DNA of 63,938 nucleotides, the filler included, from an uncultured bacterium (lineage in GTDB: Bacteria; Hinthialibacterota; Hinthialibacteria; Hinthialibacterales; Hinthialibacteraceae), in NCBI GenBank assembly GCA_964449065.1. It is 4 parts of 4 records of this genome, joined end to end, with 100 filler letters (N's around TTAATTAATTAA, not from the genome) between each part and the next. Parts side by side here need not be neighbours in the genome. Positions count along the whole stretch, not along the records: positions 32,429 to 48,521 come from CAYVAZ010000094.1; positions 48,622 to 63,938 come from CAYVAZ010000099.1; 2 more parts are not named here. One strand, written 5' to 3'. Every line of letters starts with the position of its first letter. The stretch's first letter is position 1. Made by a program: the position numbers and the translations under genes. The notes under the pieces are model-generated. The model worked only from the letters and a program-made list of their open reading frames with translations, did no database searches and was not told the origin of the DNA. Positions 39,893 to 48,889 of the stretch are shown in pieces.

Positions 39893-40874
39893 ATCGTTGT
39901 GTTAGCAATACTCCCAATAATACATGCAGCGGTATGCCGAACTGGCTGAATAAATCCCAATCATTATACCCCCAATCGGGGTGCCACAGGGTTGTCCAAA
40001 CAATCCCGCAAATCACGTTAATCAGCATGAAGCGCAAAAATAACGTATTGATTCGCTTCCTTAAAAGCACAAGCAAAGGGATTTCGATGGGCAGTCCCAA
40101 AAACCAACCGGTACCGGGTATAGGAACGATTCCCAAAAACGATGCCCGGTAATGAAAGTAGCCCAGCATCTTGAGATGATCAACCGAGAACAAAGTGAAA
40201 AATTGATTCGGCGCCCAGGTTTGAAACACCGGCACCAACCGCTCCAAACTATTATCCGTCCCCAGCAAAGTAAAAAACGCCGGGAGAATAAGAATCAAAA
40301 AGACAAACACCATCAGCGGCATCAATACTTCGACCGGATTGTAATCCCGTTTTTTCCAGATCAGAAACAGAATGGCAGGAGCATAAAACAACGCCAGCAT
40401 GTGTGACAAACACGCCAGCATATAAAATAATATTCCATAAGCCAGCGGTAACTCACCGTTGCACCACCGGAAAAAACAGGCGTAAGACAAAATCAAAAAC
40501 GCATTCACCCAGGCATAGTTTTCGTGATGGCCGTAAAACACCAAAAACGATCCGCTCAACACATTCGCCAAAATAAATAACGGATGTTTGGATAACAGCA
40601 ACAGTCCTAGTATTGCGATACCTCCTGCAATGCTGCTGCTGACCGCCAATGCATCCCATCCGCTGAAACCGGTGGGGGAAAGCGTGAGGTAACACAGCTT
40701 ATGCATCCACACGGTAAGGATAGACCGGTAATAAACCGGAAAAGGATTGTCTTCAATTAGTTTGGATATAAAAAATCCATCGGCGCCATCCGGCGGTAAA
40801 AACCGCAAGCAATAACACACAACGCTTGCCGCCATACAGATCCCCAAGTGCCGCGCGGTGGTTTGCCATGCCAT
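39873..40874 (-). CDS. polytopic membrane protein, possibly GT-C-like
   Basis: About 9 TM segments with GHHENYA and DWDLF loops; lies in a glycosylation operon. Confidence 0.65.
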   Translation of the reverse strand: MAWQTTARHLGICMAASVVCYCLRFLPPDGADGFFISKLIEDNPFPVYYRSILTVWMHKLCYLTLSPTGFSGWDALAVSSSIAGGIAILGLLLLSKHPLFILANVLSGSFLVFYGHHENYAWVNAFLILSYACFFRWCNGELPLAYGILFYMLACLSHMLALFYAPAILFLIWKKRDYNPVEVLMPLMVFVFLILILPAFFTLLGTDNSLERLVPVFQTWAPNQFFTLFSVDHLKMLGYFHYRASFLGIVPIPGTGWFLGLPIEIPLLVLLRKRINTLFLRFMLINVICGIVWTTLWHPDWGYNDWDLFSQFGIPLHVLLGVLLTQRYDEQAA

Positions 40875-40877
40875 TGT

Positions 40878-41918
40878 TTATTCCCATGGTGATGAAATTG
40901 TGCAGTTTCTTAAATGTTCGGCGGCTTGCTCTGGTGAGGTCATTTCCACATGCATGCCGGTGCGGGCATACCAATCGACGTAGCCGGGTGGAACCGGCGT
41001 GAATTCAATATGCCAATGAAAATCTTTGTGGATGGTATGGAAATATTTCATGCGCGGATCAAACACCGGCTTGGTGTGCAGCGATGCGATGACCCGCCAA
41101 CCCGGCAGCGATTGATCCAGCCGTTCCGCGATGTTGCGAATGATTTCCGCCAAGGACGATAGATGGGTGCCCGGTTCGTTGGTGAAATCGCTTTGGTGCT
41201 GTTTGGGCATCAAATGCACTTCAAACGGATACCGCGAGGCGAACGGACAGAAAGTGATGTAATGCTTGTTTTCATGTACCAGCCGGATTTCCTCGGTTTG
41301 TTCCTGCCGGATGATATCACAAAACAGGCAGCGTTCTTTATACTCATAATGCTCGCGCGCGGATTCCAGCACGTTTTGCATCCCCAAGGGCAGGGTGGTG
41401 CTGGCCAGCAGCTGCGAATGCGGCGGCAGGTTGTTGCTCTTGTCTCCACAAGTCCATTCGCGGAACCAGGTGAACGAACGCAGACGGCTATCGTTGTACA
41501 AATCGCGGATGCGTGCCTGTATTGCTTCTAAAGTTAACGCGTACAATTGTGGGGCCATTTCTGTGATCTTTAAGCCGGGCTCTTCCGATTCGATAATAAT
41601 CTCATGCGCGCCGATGCCCCGCATTTGGTCGTACATCCCGATTCCCGCGCGCTCTTCGCTGCCTTCAATGCGGTGCAGTGCCCAGGGATTGGCGACGACT
41701 TTAGCGGTGTGTTCTTTCTTATCGCTGAGCTTAACACTCTTTTGCCAAAGGATAATCGCTCCTGTATCAACCGTGCTTGCCATCGAATCACTCATGGATT
41801 GAAAGCGTTTATGCACGGGGACATTCAACAACTGCTCGCGGATGGATTGATGAGGCAAGAGTACCCAGCCGCCGTGATGCAGGTCGCGCCGAAGTTCTGC
41901 TGGTTTTTGGTTTTTCAT
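40878..41918 (-). CDS. galT: galactose-1-phosphate uridylyltransferase-like HIT protein (divergent)
   Basis: ELRRD, VVANP, GIGAHEIIIES, PHSQ, RCLFCDII, PFASRYPFE, FHWHIE, PEQAAEHLR. Confidence 0.75.
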   Translation of the reverse strand: MKNQKPAELRRDLHHGGWVLLPHQSIREQLLNVPVHKRFQSMSDSMASTVDTGAIILWQKSVKLSDKKEHTAKVVANPWALHRIEGSEERAGIGMYDQMRGIGAHEIIIESEEPGLKITEMAPQLYALTLEAIQARIRDLYNDSRLRSFTWFREWTCGDKSNNLPPHSQLLASTTLPLGMQNVLESAREHYEYKERCLFCDIIRQEQTEEIRLVHENKHYITFCPFASRYPFEVHLMPKQHQSDFTNEPGTHLSSLAEIIRNIAERLDQSLPGWRVIASLHTKPVFDPRMKYFHTIHKDFHWHIEFTPVPPGYVDWYARTGMHVEMTSPEQAAEHLRNCTISSPWE

Positions 41919-41921
41919 AAA

Positions 41922-43415
41922 TTATTCCGTTTTTGGGAGGTACAAAAAATAGCCTCCGTATTGTTGTTCTATAGTATAGTATGTCCGTACCGCCTCAATG
42001 AATGGCTCGGTAAAGCGTTCGCGGTCCCAGTTCGGGCGGCTGACGTCAAACATGAGGGTGACGGCTTCAAATTCTTGTGCCGCGATCCGGTTAAGAATCT
42101 GTGATTGATCCCACAATCCTTGATGCGAAAGCTGAGTGAAGATAAACGGCTGATACTCCACCTTATGCCCGGCGGCCAGCGGAACCCCGGCGCGGTCAGA
42201 AAGGATGGGGCCTTCCATGCGTTTCAGCCGGTTGTGCAGGAGGGTTGCCGCCTGCTGATCAATTGTTGAGGGGGTATAGGCATAATCCAGCGGATGCTTA
42301 AACATCATCTGCCCGCCTATGGGGAGATGAAATGTCCCCGCCAGCTGGGTAATGTTCAGCGCGAAGAAGAACAAGGCTGACCAGGTCGTTGCCATTTTCG
42401 CGTTTGAGGTAATGTGATGATAGATGAATCCTAAACCAACCGCGGTGGCGCACACCAATGAAAGCAAATAGTTGGGGGCGGAACCGATTTTGCCGCACAG
42501 CATGGATTCCAGAATGGAAAATACGGTATAGAGAAAAAGCAGAAGCGGTATTGCTGGGGCATGGGTGAGTTGTTCTTTAGAACCGTATTGACTGATTCCC
42601 AAAGCAACAATTAAAAGAGGAGCGCATCCCCAAACGGTATAAACCCCAACCCAGTGCCGGGTGTAATACAACAGATCGGTAAAGCGGTATGTATTATTGT
42701 TGTAGAGCACTAAATGATTGTAAGCCCCATTATCAGTAAGCAAATTCATGAGTACAAACAAGATCAGCCCGGAAGCAGCTAGAGTTGCCAAATACATCCA
42801 TGCGGTTCGTTTTTGTTGTGTGAAGAGATAGTAGATGAAAATACTCAGCGGTGCGGCAAACAGCGATTGTTTGGTATAGAGGGCAATCAGAATGATGAGC
42901 GTAATCCATCCCCAATGCCAAGACCGCTGCATCAAATACAATCCCAACACGGATAGCATAATACCCAGCGAATCCACCCGCGCCAAAGCGCACCAATCAT
43001 ACACATGATAAAATGATAAAAACACCAATGCCGCATATAAAGAAGCCGTTTTGTTCTTCGTCAGTTCCCAGGTCCACAATGCAAGTAACAATGCTGTGAT
43101 GAATGTGGAGGTTAACGATATCAAGCGTGCGAGATGAAAACAAACGCCAACAATTTTTGTCCCCGCCGCAAGCACGAGCGGGTAAACCGGCGGATAGTTA
43201 TCCACCAAAAACGGTTCTTCATCGATAGGCGGATACAAAAATTCCCCTTGCGAAAGCCGCAGCGCTTGGTTGACCAAATAGGCCTCGCTGTTGTCAACAT
43301 CATAGGGATATAGAACCAGCATGACACCGTGATACAGAAAGATCAGGCTGTAAAAGATCAATCCGGCAAATACTAGATATTTCAGTAGGATTGTTATTTT
43401 CTCTTGTGGGTTCAT
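41922..43415 (-). CDS. GT-C (ArnT/PMT-like) membrane glycosyltransferase
   Basis: DNSE acidic first loop, YPPVYP, ARVD, TKQS; about 11 TM segments. Confidence 0.75.
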   Translation of the reverse strand: MNPQEKITILLKYLVFAGLIFYSLIFLYHGVMLVLYPYDVDNSEAYLVNQALRLSQGEFLYPPIDEEPFLVDNYPPVYPLVLAAGTKIVGVCFHLARLISLTSTFITALLLALWTWELTKNKTASLYAALVFLSFYHVYDWCALARVDSLGIMLSVLGLYLMQRSWHWGWITLIILIALYTKQSLFAAPLSIFIYYLFTQQKRTAWMYLATLAASGLILFVLMNLLTDNGAYNHLVLYNNNTYRFTDLLYYTRHWVGVYTVWGCAPLLIVALGISQYGSKEQLTHAPAIPLLLFLYTVFSILESMLCGKIGSAPNYLLSLVCATAVGLGFIYHHITSNAKMATTWSALFFFALNITQLAGTFHLPIGGQMMFKHPLDYAYTPSTIDQQAATLLHNRLKRMEGPILSDRAGVPLAAGHKVEYQPFIFTQLSHQGLWDQSQILNRIAAQEFEAVTLMFDVSRPNWDRERFTEPFIEAVRTYYTIEQQYGGYFLYLPKTE

Positions 43416-44143
43416 CCAATCTTCTTCAATTCTTTACCGGCCGTCGAACGAATGGAAAATAGTGTCAGTATCCACCGAATGATAATGCCGGGCGTAATTT
43501 TGGTCTCGCCGCTGCGGCGGTCTTCATAGCGGATCGGTACTTCAACAATCCGGCAATTGAGTTTTTTGATGTAGTACAAGGTTTCTTCCACAATCGATGG
43601 GCCGGGAGAAATCATGGCGTCCCACGGCAGTTTTTCCAATGCCGTTCTGCGGTAGACCCGGTATCCCGATGTCGGATCGGTATAGTTTAATCCCAAAACC
43701 AGCCAAGACAAAAATTTCGCCACCTTGCTGTTGAGCATTCGAAAGATGCCAAAACTTTCCGCGCTGCCGCCTTCAATATACCGCGAACCGATCACCAAAT
43801 CATGCTCTTTCGCCGCGTTCATTAAATCCGGCAATTGGGCGGGATTGTGCGACAAATCGGCATCCATCTCTACGATATATTCGGCGTTGGATTGGGAGGC
43901 TTCTTTCAAGCCCAAAATTCCCGCTTTGCCCCTCCCGCGCGGCCCATTCCGGTGAATCACTTTTATCTTGTTAGGATATTGGTTCACCAATTCATCCGCA
44001 ACATCCCCCGTGCCGTCCGGAGACAAATCGTCCACAATTAATATAGAAAGGTTATAGGGTAATTCCAGCAATTGCCGCACCACGTGCGGCAGGTTTTCCC
44101 GTTCATTATACGTTGGTAAAAACACCAAGACGGATTCATTCAT
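43412..44143 (-). CDS. polyprenol monophosphosugar synthase (Dpm1-like GT2)
   Basis: PTYNERENL, VDDLSPDGTG, MDADLSH, IGSRY, D.TSGYR. Confidence 0.92.
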   Translation of the reverse strand: MNESVLVFLPTYNERENLPHVVRQLLELPYNLSILIVDDLSPDGTGDVADELVNQYPNKIKVIHRNGPRGRGKAGILGLKEASQSNAEYIVEMDADLSHNPAQLPDLMNAAKEHDLVIGSRYIEGGSAESFGIFRMLNSKVAKFLSWLVLGLNYTDPTSGYRVYRRTALEKLPWDAMISPGPSIVEETLYYIKKLNCRIVEVPIRYEDRRSGETKITPGIIIRWILTLFSIRSTAGKELKKIG

Positions 44144-44233
44144 TTGTGTGTACTCGATCTCATACCGGTCGAAAATTCGTAAAAACGTAATATCCTATGA
44201 CCAATATACGCAATTGCAAAGGAACCGCCAATC

Positions 44234-45313
44234 ATGACGAATTGCTTTTTACATAAATCGACAACACTTTTACCGTTGATTGCAGTGGGATTCTTTTCTT
44301 TGATTGTTGGATGCGCGGAACAAAAGCCCGATCTGCCCGTCATTCTCAAAATCAATGGTGAAGAAATCTACATCGATGAATTGGATCTCCTGGGGCGGAC
44401 GGCACTGGCGAAAGCGGGAATGGAATTCGATTCGGAAGCAGGTCAAAAGCGCTACAAAGAAATCGCCCCCAATCTTTACAACACGTTAATCGATTTGTAT
44501 GTCATCCAACATGCCGCGAAACTGGAAGGCATTGAGGTAGAACAAGAGAAAATAGACGCCGAATACAACCGCTTTGTGCAGTCCATGCAGGACCAAGGCG
44601 CGTACGAGCAATTCATGACCGGCTTGGGCTTGGATGATGAACGCCTGCGTGAGTTGATCCAAGACATGCTGGCGATGAACATCCTGCAAAACACAAAATT
44701 GAACGAAGGCAAAGCGGAACCGACGGAACAAGAGATCAAAGATTTTTATTACCAAAACCACTTTAATTTCCGCTACCCCAATCGGCTGCGCGCCAGCCAT
44801 ATCTTTTTTAAAGCAACAGAAAACGATAGCCCGGTACAACACGAAAAAGCCAAAGAGAAAGCCATCCAAATATTGAAACATATCGGCAATGAACCGGGGC
44901 AGCGCTTTATCCGCATGGCACAGACCTACTCTGAAGACCCCGGCAACGCGCCCCGCGGCGGCGACTTGGGTTTTATCACCCGCGAGTCGGTTCTGTATCC
45001 AGAAACCTTCAAAAAGGCGGCTTGGGCTTTGCAAGAAGGGGATGTGAGTGATGTGGTTCAAACCCCGTTGGGCTATCATATTATATGGGTGACGGATCAT
45101 GAGCAGTCGCTGGAAGAAGCCACGGCGGAAATCAAACAATATCTCGCGCAAAAAGCCATGACCGAGCACTTTGAACAATGGAAGCGGGATGCCCGCGGCC
45201 AAATGGAAATCGAACGCTATTTTGATCCGGAAACATACACGGTGTTGGATGAACCGGTGCCCGATACCATCCCAACCATTCCAACCACCCCAACGCCGCA
45301 GGAACAGCCATGA
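44234..45313 (+). CDS. parvulin-type peptidylprolyl isomerase lipoprotein (PrsA/SurA-like)
   Basis: IVGC lipobox, SurA-N helices, ASHI, SED...GGDLG, VQTPLGYHII. Confidence 0.9.
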   Translation: MTNCFLHKSTTLLPLIAVGFFSLIVGCAEQKPDLPVILKINGEEIYIDELDLLGRTALAKAGMEFDSEAGQKRYKEIAPNLYNTLIDLYVIQHAAKLEGIEVEQEKIDAEYNRFVQSMQDQGAYEQFMTGLGLDDERLRELIQDMLAMNILQNTKLNEGKAEPTEQEIKDFYYQNHFNFRYPNRLRASHIFFKATENDSPVQHEKAKEKAIQILKHIGNEPGQRFIRMAQTYSEDPGNAPRGGDLGFITRESVLYPETFKKAAWALQEGDVSDVVQTPLGYHIIWVTDHEQSLEEATAEIKQYLAQKAMTEHFEQWKRDARGQMEIERYFDPETYTVLDEPVPDTIPTIPTTPTPQEQP

Positions 45314-45759
45314 CCGACCAATCCAAACGCGTGACGGAAATGCTCAAAGCACTCTCCAAAAAAGGTAAATCGGCCGGGGGGTTGGCTCCGTTGCTGCAAA
45401 TGATCGACAAAATGGACCGCGGCAGCGAAAAACAGATCATCGCCGCCATCAAACAGCAAAATCCGCAATTGGCCAAACAACTTGAAGAACAATACTTCTC
45501 GTTTGAAGATATCGTGAAGATGGATGACAAAACCGTGAAACGCGCGTTGGAAGAAGTGCACAAAACCACCCTGGCGCTTGCATTGAAAGGGGTAGACCCG
45601 AACGTCAAAATGAAAGTAATGGACAATCTGACCCAACGCGCCGCGGAAATGCTGCAGGATGATATCGACATATTAGGCCCGCAGCCGAAACAATTGGTGG
45701 AAGACGCGCAGAAAGAGGTCACCAAAACGCTGCGCAATTGGAAAGATGTGATTTTGTAA
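45310..45759 (+). CDS. stand-alone FliG C-terminal domain protein
   Basis: GG linker, YFSFEDIVKMDD (MFxF-like), LALALKG, NLTQRAAEMLQDD...GP...VEDAQ; no N or M domains. Confidence 0.85.
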   Translation: MTDQSKRVTEMLKALSKKGKSAGGLAPLLQMIDKMDRGSEKQIIAAIKQQNPQLAKQLEEQYFSFEDIVKMDDKTVKRALEEVHKTTLALALKGVDPNVKMKVMDNLTQRAAEMLQDDIDILGPQPKQLVEDAQKEVTKTLRNWKDVIL

Positions 45760-45772
45760 GGGGAGGGAACGA

Positions 45773-46858
45773 ATGCAATCCGTCTTAAAAGCCATTGCCA
45801 AACAAGCCAATCTCGAACGGATATTATTCTCGCCGGGATTGAAGAAACTCTACTTCGATCTAGCGGTCGGTGCCGGCGGGGCCGCGCAGTTTAAACACGC
45901 CGATTCAGTTCGAAACGGGCTCGCTTCTATCATCAAAGATTTAGACCGCGAACGCAACAGCCTTTTGTTTGCCTATACCCATGAACTGATATCTGCCTAC
46001 GACAGCATGATTCGCGCCGCATCTGAGTTGCAGCCGGTTTGTGTGCTCGCGGCGCGCGGCGGCAAGCAGCACGCGGAACAATATTGGTCGGAACTGGAAC
46101 TGCGCAACAGCGGATGGATTCTCTTTTATACCCACACCCTGCAAGAACTCTACGACCATCTGGCAATTGCCTATCACATTTTCGCCGAAAAAAAGTTTTC
46201 CCTGCCGGTACTGATCGTTCATTCTGCATTGCAGCATAAATCAACCGGAGAATGGCAGGGAAAAGAGGGGATCAACCTCGGTGCGCCGGGCGAAACGTTC
46301 GGCCTCAAAAAAGGGGGAACCAAAAGTTTTGCCGATGCTTTTGCCGCGCTCGAGAAGAAAAAAAAACCGCCGACGTTGCAAGGCGAAATGCATAAAGTGA
46401 TACCCGCACTGCGAGAGGTTTATCAAGAAATCGGCTATACAGTACCGGAAACCGGTTTGCCGTATGCCGGCAATTTCAGCACCAACGACCTTGCTGTCAT
46501 TACGCAAATCCCTGCTGATGATGAATCAGATTTAGATATAGGATCGTTTGATCTCATTCGGCCTCTGTGTATCCGCCCGGCCGCGCATGATGATTTGATT
46601 CAAGAACTCGCGAAGAAAAAAACGGTCGCCGTGATTGAAACCGCGCCCCCGCCCGGTTCCATCCCACCGTATTACAGCGAATGGTGCGGCTTGCTGCGGC
46701 AGCAAGGTGTATCTATAGAATCGGTAACCGTGCCGCCTTCTCTTTCCCTCTTATCGCCCAAGCATTTGCAATCTCTCAACACCATTTTGGATAAAGTTGT
46801 CTTAAATGGCGGGCAGTCCCTGCCGTTTCACAAATTGGAAATAGAATATAAGCAATAA
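45773..46858 (+). CDS. degenerate 2-oxoacid:ferredoxin oxidoreductase alpha-subunit (PorA)-like protein
   Basis: RNSGWILFYTHTLQELYD...AY..AEK..LPVLIV and IRP...L...KTVAVIE match PFOR domains I and II, but the YPITP and SE motifs are missing. Confidence 0.6.
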   Translation: MQSVLKAIAKQANLERILFSPGLKKLYFDLAVGAGGAAQFKHADSVRNGLASIIKDLDRERNSLLFAYTHELISAYDSMIRAASELQPVCVLAARGGKQHAEQYWSELELRNSGWILFYTHTLQELYDHLAIAYHIFAEKKFSLPVLIVHSALQHKSTGEWQGKEGINLGAPGETFGLKKGGTKSFADAFAALEKKKKPPTLQGEMHKVIPALREVYQEIGYTVPETGLPYAGNFSTNDLAVITQIPADDESDLDIGSFDLIRPLCIRPAAHDDLIQELAKKKTVAVIETAPPPGSIPPYYSEWCGLLRQQGVSIESVTVPPSLSLLSPKHLQSLNTILDKVVLNGGQSLPFHKLEIEYKQ

Positions 46859-46887
46859 CTAAACGTAGATCGTGTATTCTCATCATC

Positions 46888-47805
46888 ATGAAAAACGCAT
46901 CTCATCTACCTTGTGTCCCACAAAGTTTTCCCCTCCTAGAACGTGCCATGCGCATCTCGTTAGCCGTTGGGTTGTTTATTGTCGCGGCAAAAGTCTCGGC
47001 GTATGTCTATTCCGGCTCCATAGCGGTGATGTCCGATATGCTGGAATCGCTGGTACACAACCTGGCGGTGTTGTTTGCCGTCTATTGCCTGTGGATTAGC
47101 AAACGCCCTGCCGATGAAAACCACCTCTATGGGCATGGCAAGATTCAATTCGTATCGGCGGCGGCTGAAGGCGGTTTGGTATTCGCTGCCGGATTGGCCA
47201 TCTTGTATCAATCCGCAATCGGATTTTGGTATGGTTATGAACTGCGGGAAGTTTCTACCGGTTTGGTTCTTATGGTTGGCGCGGGAGTTGTGAATGGTGT
47301 ATTAGGGTGGTATTTGATGCATGTCGGCAGTCAAGAAAAATCGTTGATTGTACGCGCGAATGGGGTGCATGTGCTTTCGGATACCTATACCACCATCTTC
47401 GCGATTGTGGGTGCTGCAGGCGCTTGGTTGACGGGGATGATCTACATAGACCTGATTGTTGCCGTGTTGGGTGGATTCTATATTATAAGCGAAGCGCTCA
47501 AACTTCTGCGAGAGGCCATCGGTGGACTCTTGGATGAAGCGGATTTAACGGTCGATGAGACCGTGCGCGATGTCCTAAAGCGGGAATCTGACCGGCAGGG
47601 ATGGCGCTACCATGAACTGCGCCACCGTACCGAAGGCAACCGCAATTGGATCGAAGTGCATCTGATATTTAACGATCAAACGTCACTCAAAAGTGCCCAT
47701 CAACAGGCTTCCAACCTGGAAGCAACAATTGCCGATTCACTGGATGATCCGGTTATTATCACCACACATTTAGAGCCGGAATCGCACAAACATGAAGCGG
47801 TATAA
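46888..47805 (+). CDS. cation diffusion facilitator transporter (FieF-like)
   Basis: S.AVMSD.LES, PADENHLYGHGK, HVLSD, C-terminal dimerisation domain ending HLEP. Confidence 0.92.
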   Translation: MKNASHLPCVPQSFPLLERAMRISLAVGLFIVAAKVSAYVYSGSIAVMSDMLESLVHNLAVLFAVYCLWISKRPADENHLYGHGKIQFVSAAAEGGLVFAAGLAILYQSAIGFWYGYELREVSTGLVLMVGAGVVNGVLGWYLMHVGSQEKSLIVRANGVHVLSDTYTTIFAIVGAAGAWLTGMIYIDLIVAVLGGFYIISEALKLLREAIGGLLDEADLTVDETVRDVLKRESDRQGWRYHELRHRTEGNRNWIEVHLIFNDQTSLKSAHQQASNLEATIADSLDDPVIITTHLEPESHKHEAV

Positions 47806-48142
47806 TTTTTTATAATGCCAAAGCCATTTGAGAGTGTCTCATGATAAAAACGTATTATCTTTTTTCGCTGGGCTTACGCCGCGCGAACTGGTCATTATTT
47901 TTTTAAAAGGTATAGGATTTTCGCGCTTTCATCCTAACAAAATCGTAGTAAAAAAAACGCATTTTTCTCTACACATTTCTGCAAAAGTATTGTATATTTT
48001 TACAGAAGTAAGACCCCAGTCTGGCCTTGACGGTACGTGCATTTCCAGGACCTGAGTCATTCGTGGAATTGGAGAAGCACCGGCTGTACCAGAATCACCG
48101 GGTGTCGATTCAATCTTTACTATTCAGAAAGGAGCCATGACA

Positions 48143-48349
48143 ATGGCTACAGGTCGTGTGAAGTGGTTTAACGAAAAGAAGGGCTTTGGATTTATTGAGC
48201 AGGATGACGGCAAGGATGTCTTTGTCCACTACTCAGGCATCGCCGGTGATGGATTCAAAAACCTGCAAGAAGGTGATGCGGTGACATTCGATTTGGAAGA
48301 CGGGGAAAAAGGGCCCAAAGCGGTGAATGTGATGTCTGCTGAGGAGTAA
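48143..48349 (+). CDS. cspA: cold-shock protein
   Basis: [34 protein letters not shown] spacing favours ATG 48143. Confidence 0.95.
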   Translation: MATGRVKWFNEKKGFGFIEQDDGKDVFVHYSGIAGDGFKNLQEGDAVTFDLEDGEKGPKAVNVMSAEE

Positions 48350-48412
48350 GCCAATCGAATGGATTCCAATTCTTTGTAATGTCCTTTCACGTACCAAAAA
48401 CGTAAATTCCAA

Positions 48413-48439
48413 GCCGAAGAGCAATTCTTCGGTTTTTTT
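48413..48439 (+). terminator. intrinsic terminator after csp
   Basis: GCCGAAGA-GCAAT-TCTTCGGT followed by a T run. Confidence 0.7.
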
Positions 48440-48465
48440 CATGCTCAAAAACAGTGGCCAGTGAT

Positions 48466-48500
48466 AAGCACCGAACCCTCAAAAAAAGCCTTGAGGGATA
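48466..48500. repeat. repeat AAGCACCGAACCCTCAAAAAAGCCTTGAGGGATA; reverse copy at 63401-63434
   Basis: Near-identical, with an internal CCCTCAA/TTGAGGG hairpin; this copy abuts the contig end. Confidence 0.85.
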
Positions 48501-48521
48501 TAGCGAAGAAGAAACGTAACA

Positions 48522-48621
48522 NNNNNNNNNNNNNNNNNNNNNNNNNNNNNNNNNNNNNNNNNNNNTTAATTAATTAANNNNNNNNNNNNNNNNNNNNNNN
48601 NNNNNNNNNNNNNNNNNNNNN
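48522..48621. other. artificial contig linker
   Basis: N44-TTAATTAATTAA-N44. Confidence 0.97.
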
Positions 48622-48889
48622 TCATCTCTTATCTTCTCCCAAAGGGAGAAGACGATAGACACTGCGTTTGACTTAGTATAGTTTGCTCACAATAAAAACC
48701 ATTTTTCAAGCAATCGTCAATCATGGATTGCGTAACATCAGTTAGATAGTACAAATGCTATCTTCTGTCTTGGAAAAAAACAGCGTCTTAATAGAACATA
48801 TACAATTTCTGTCGAATATGAATCCGTTGATCACCCTTACCCAAGTTTGCGCCAGGCTGGAATAGCAAATGAGTATGAAAATCTCTGAA

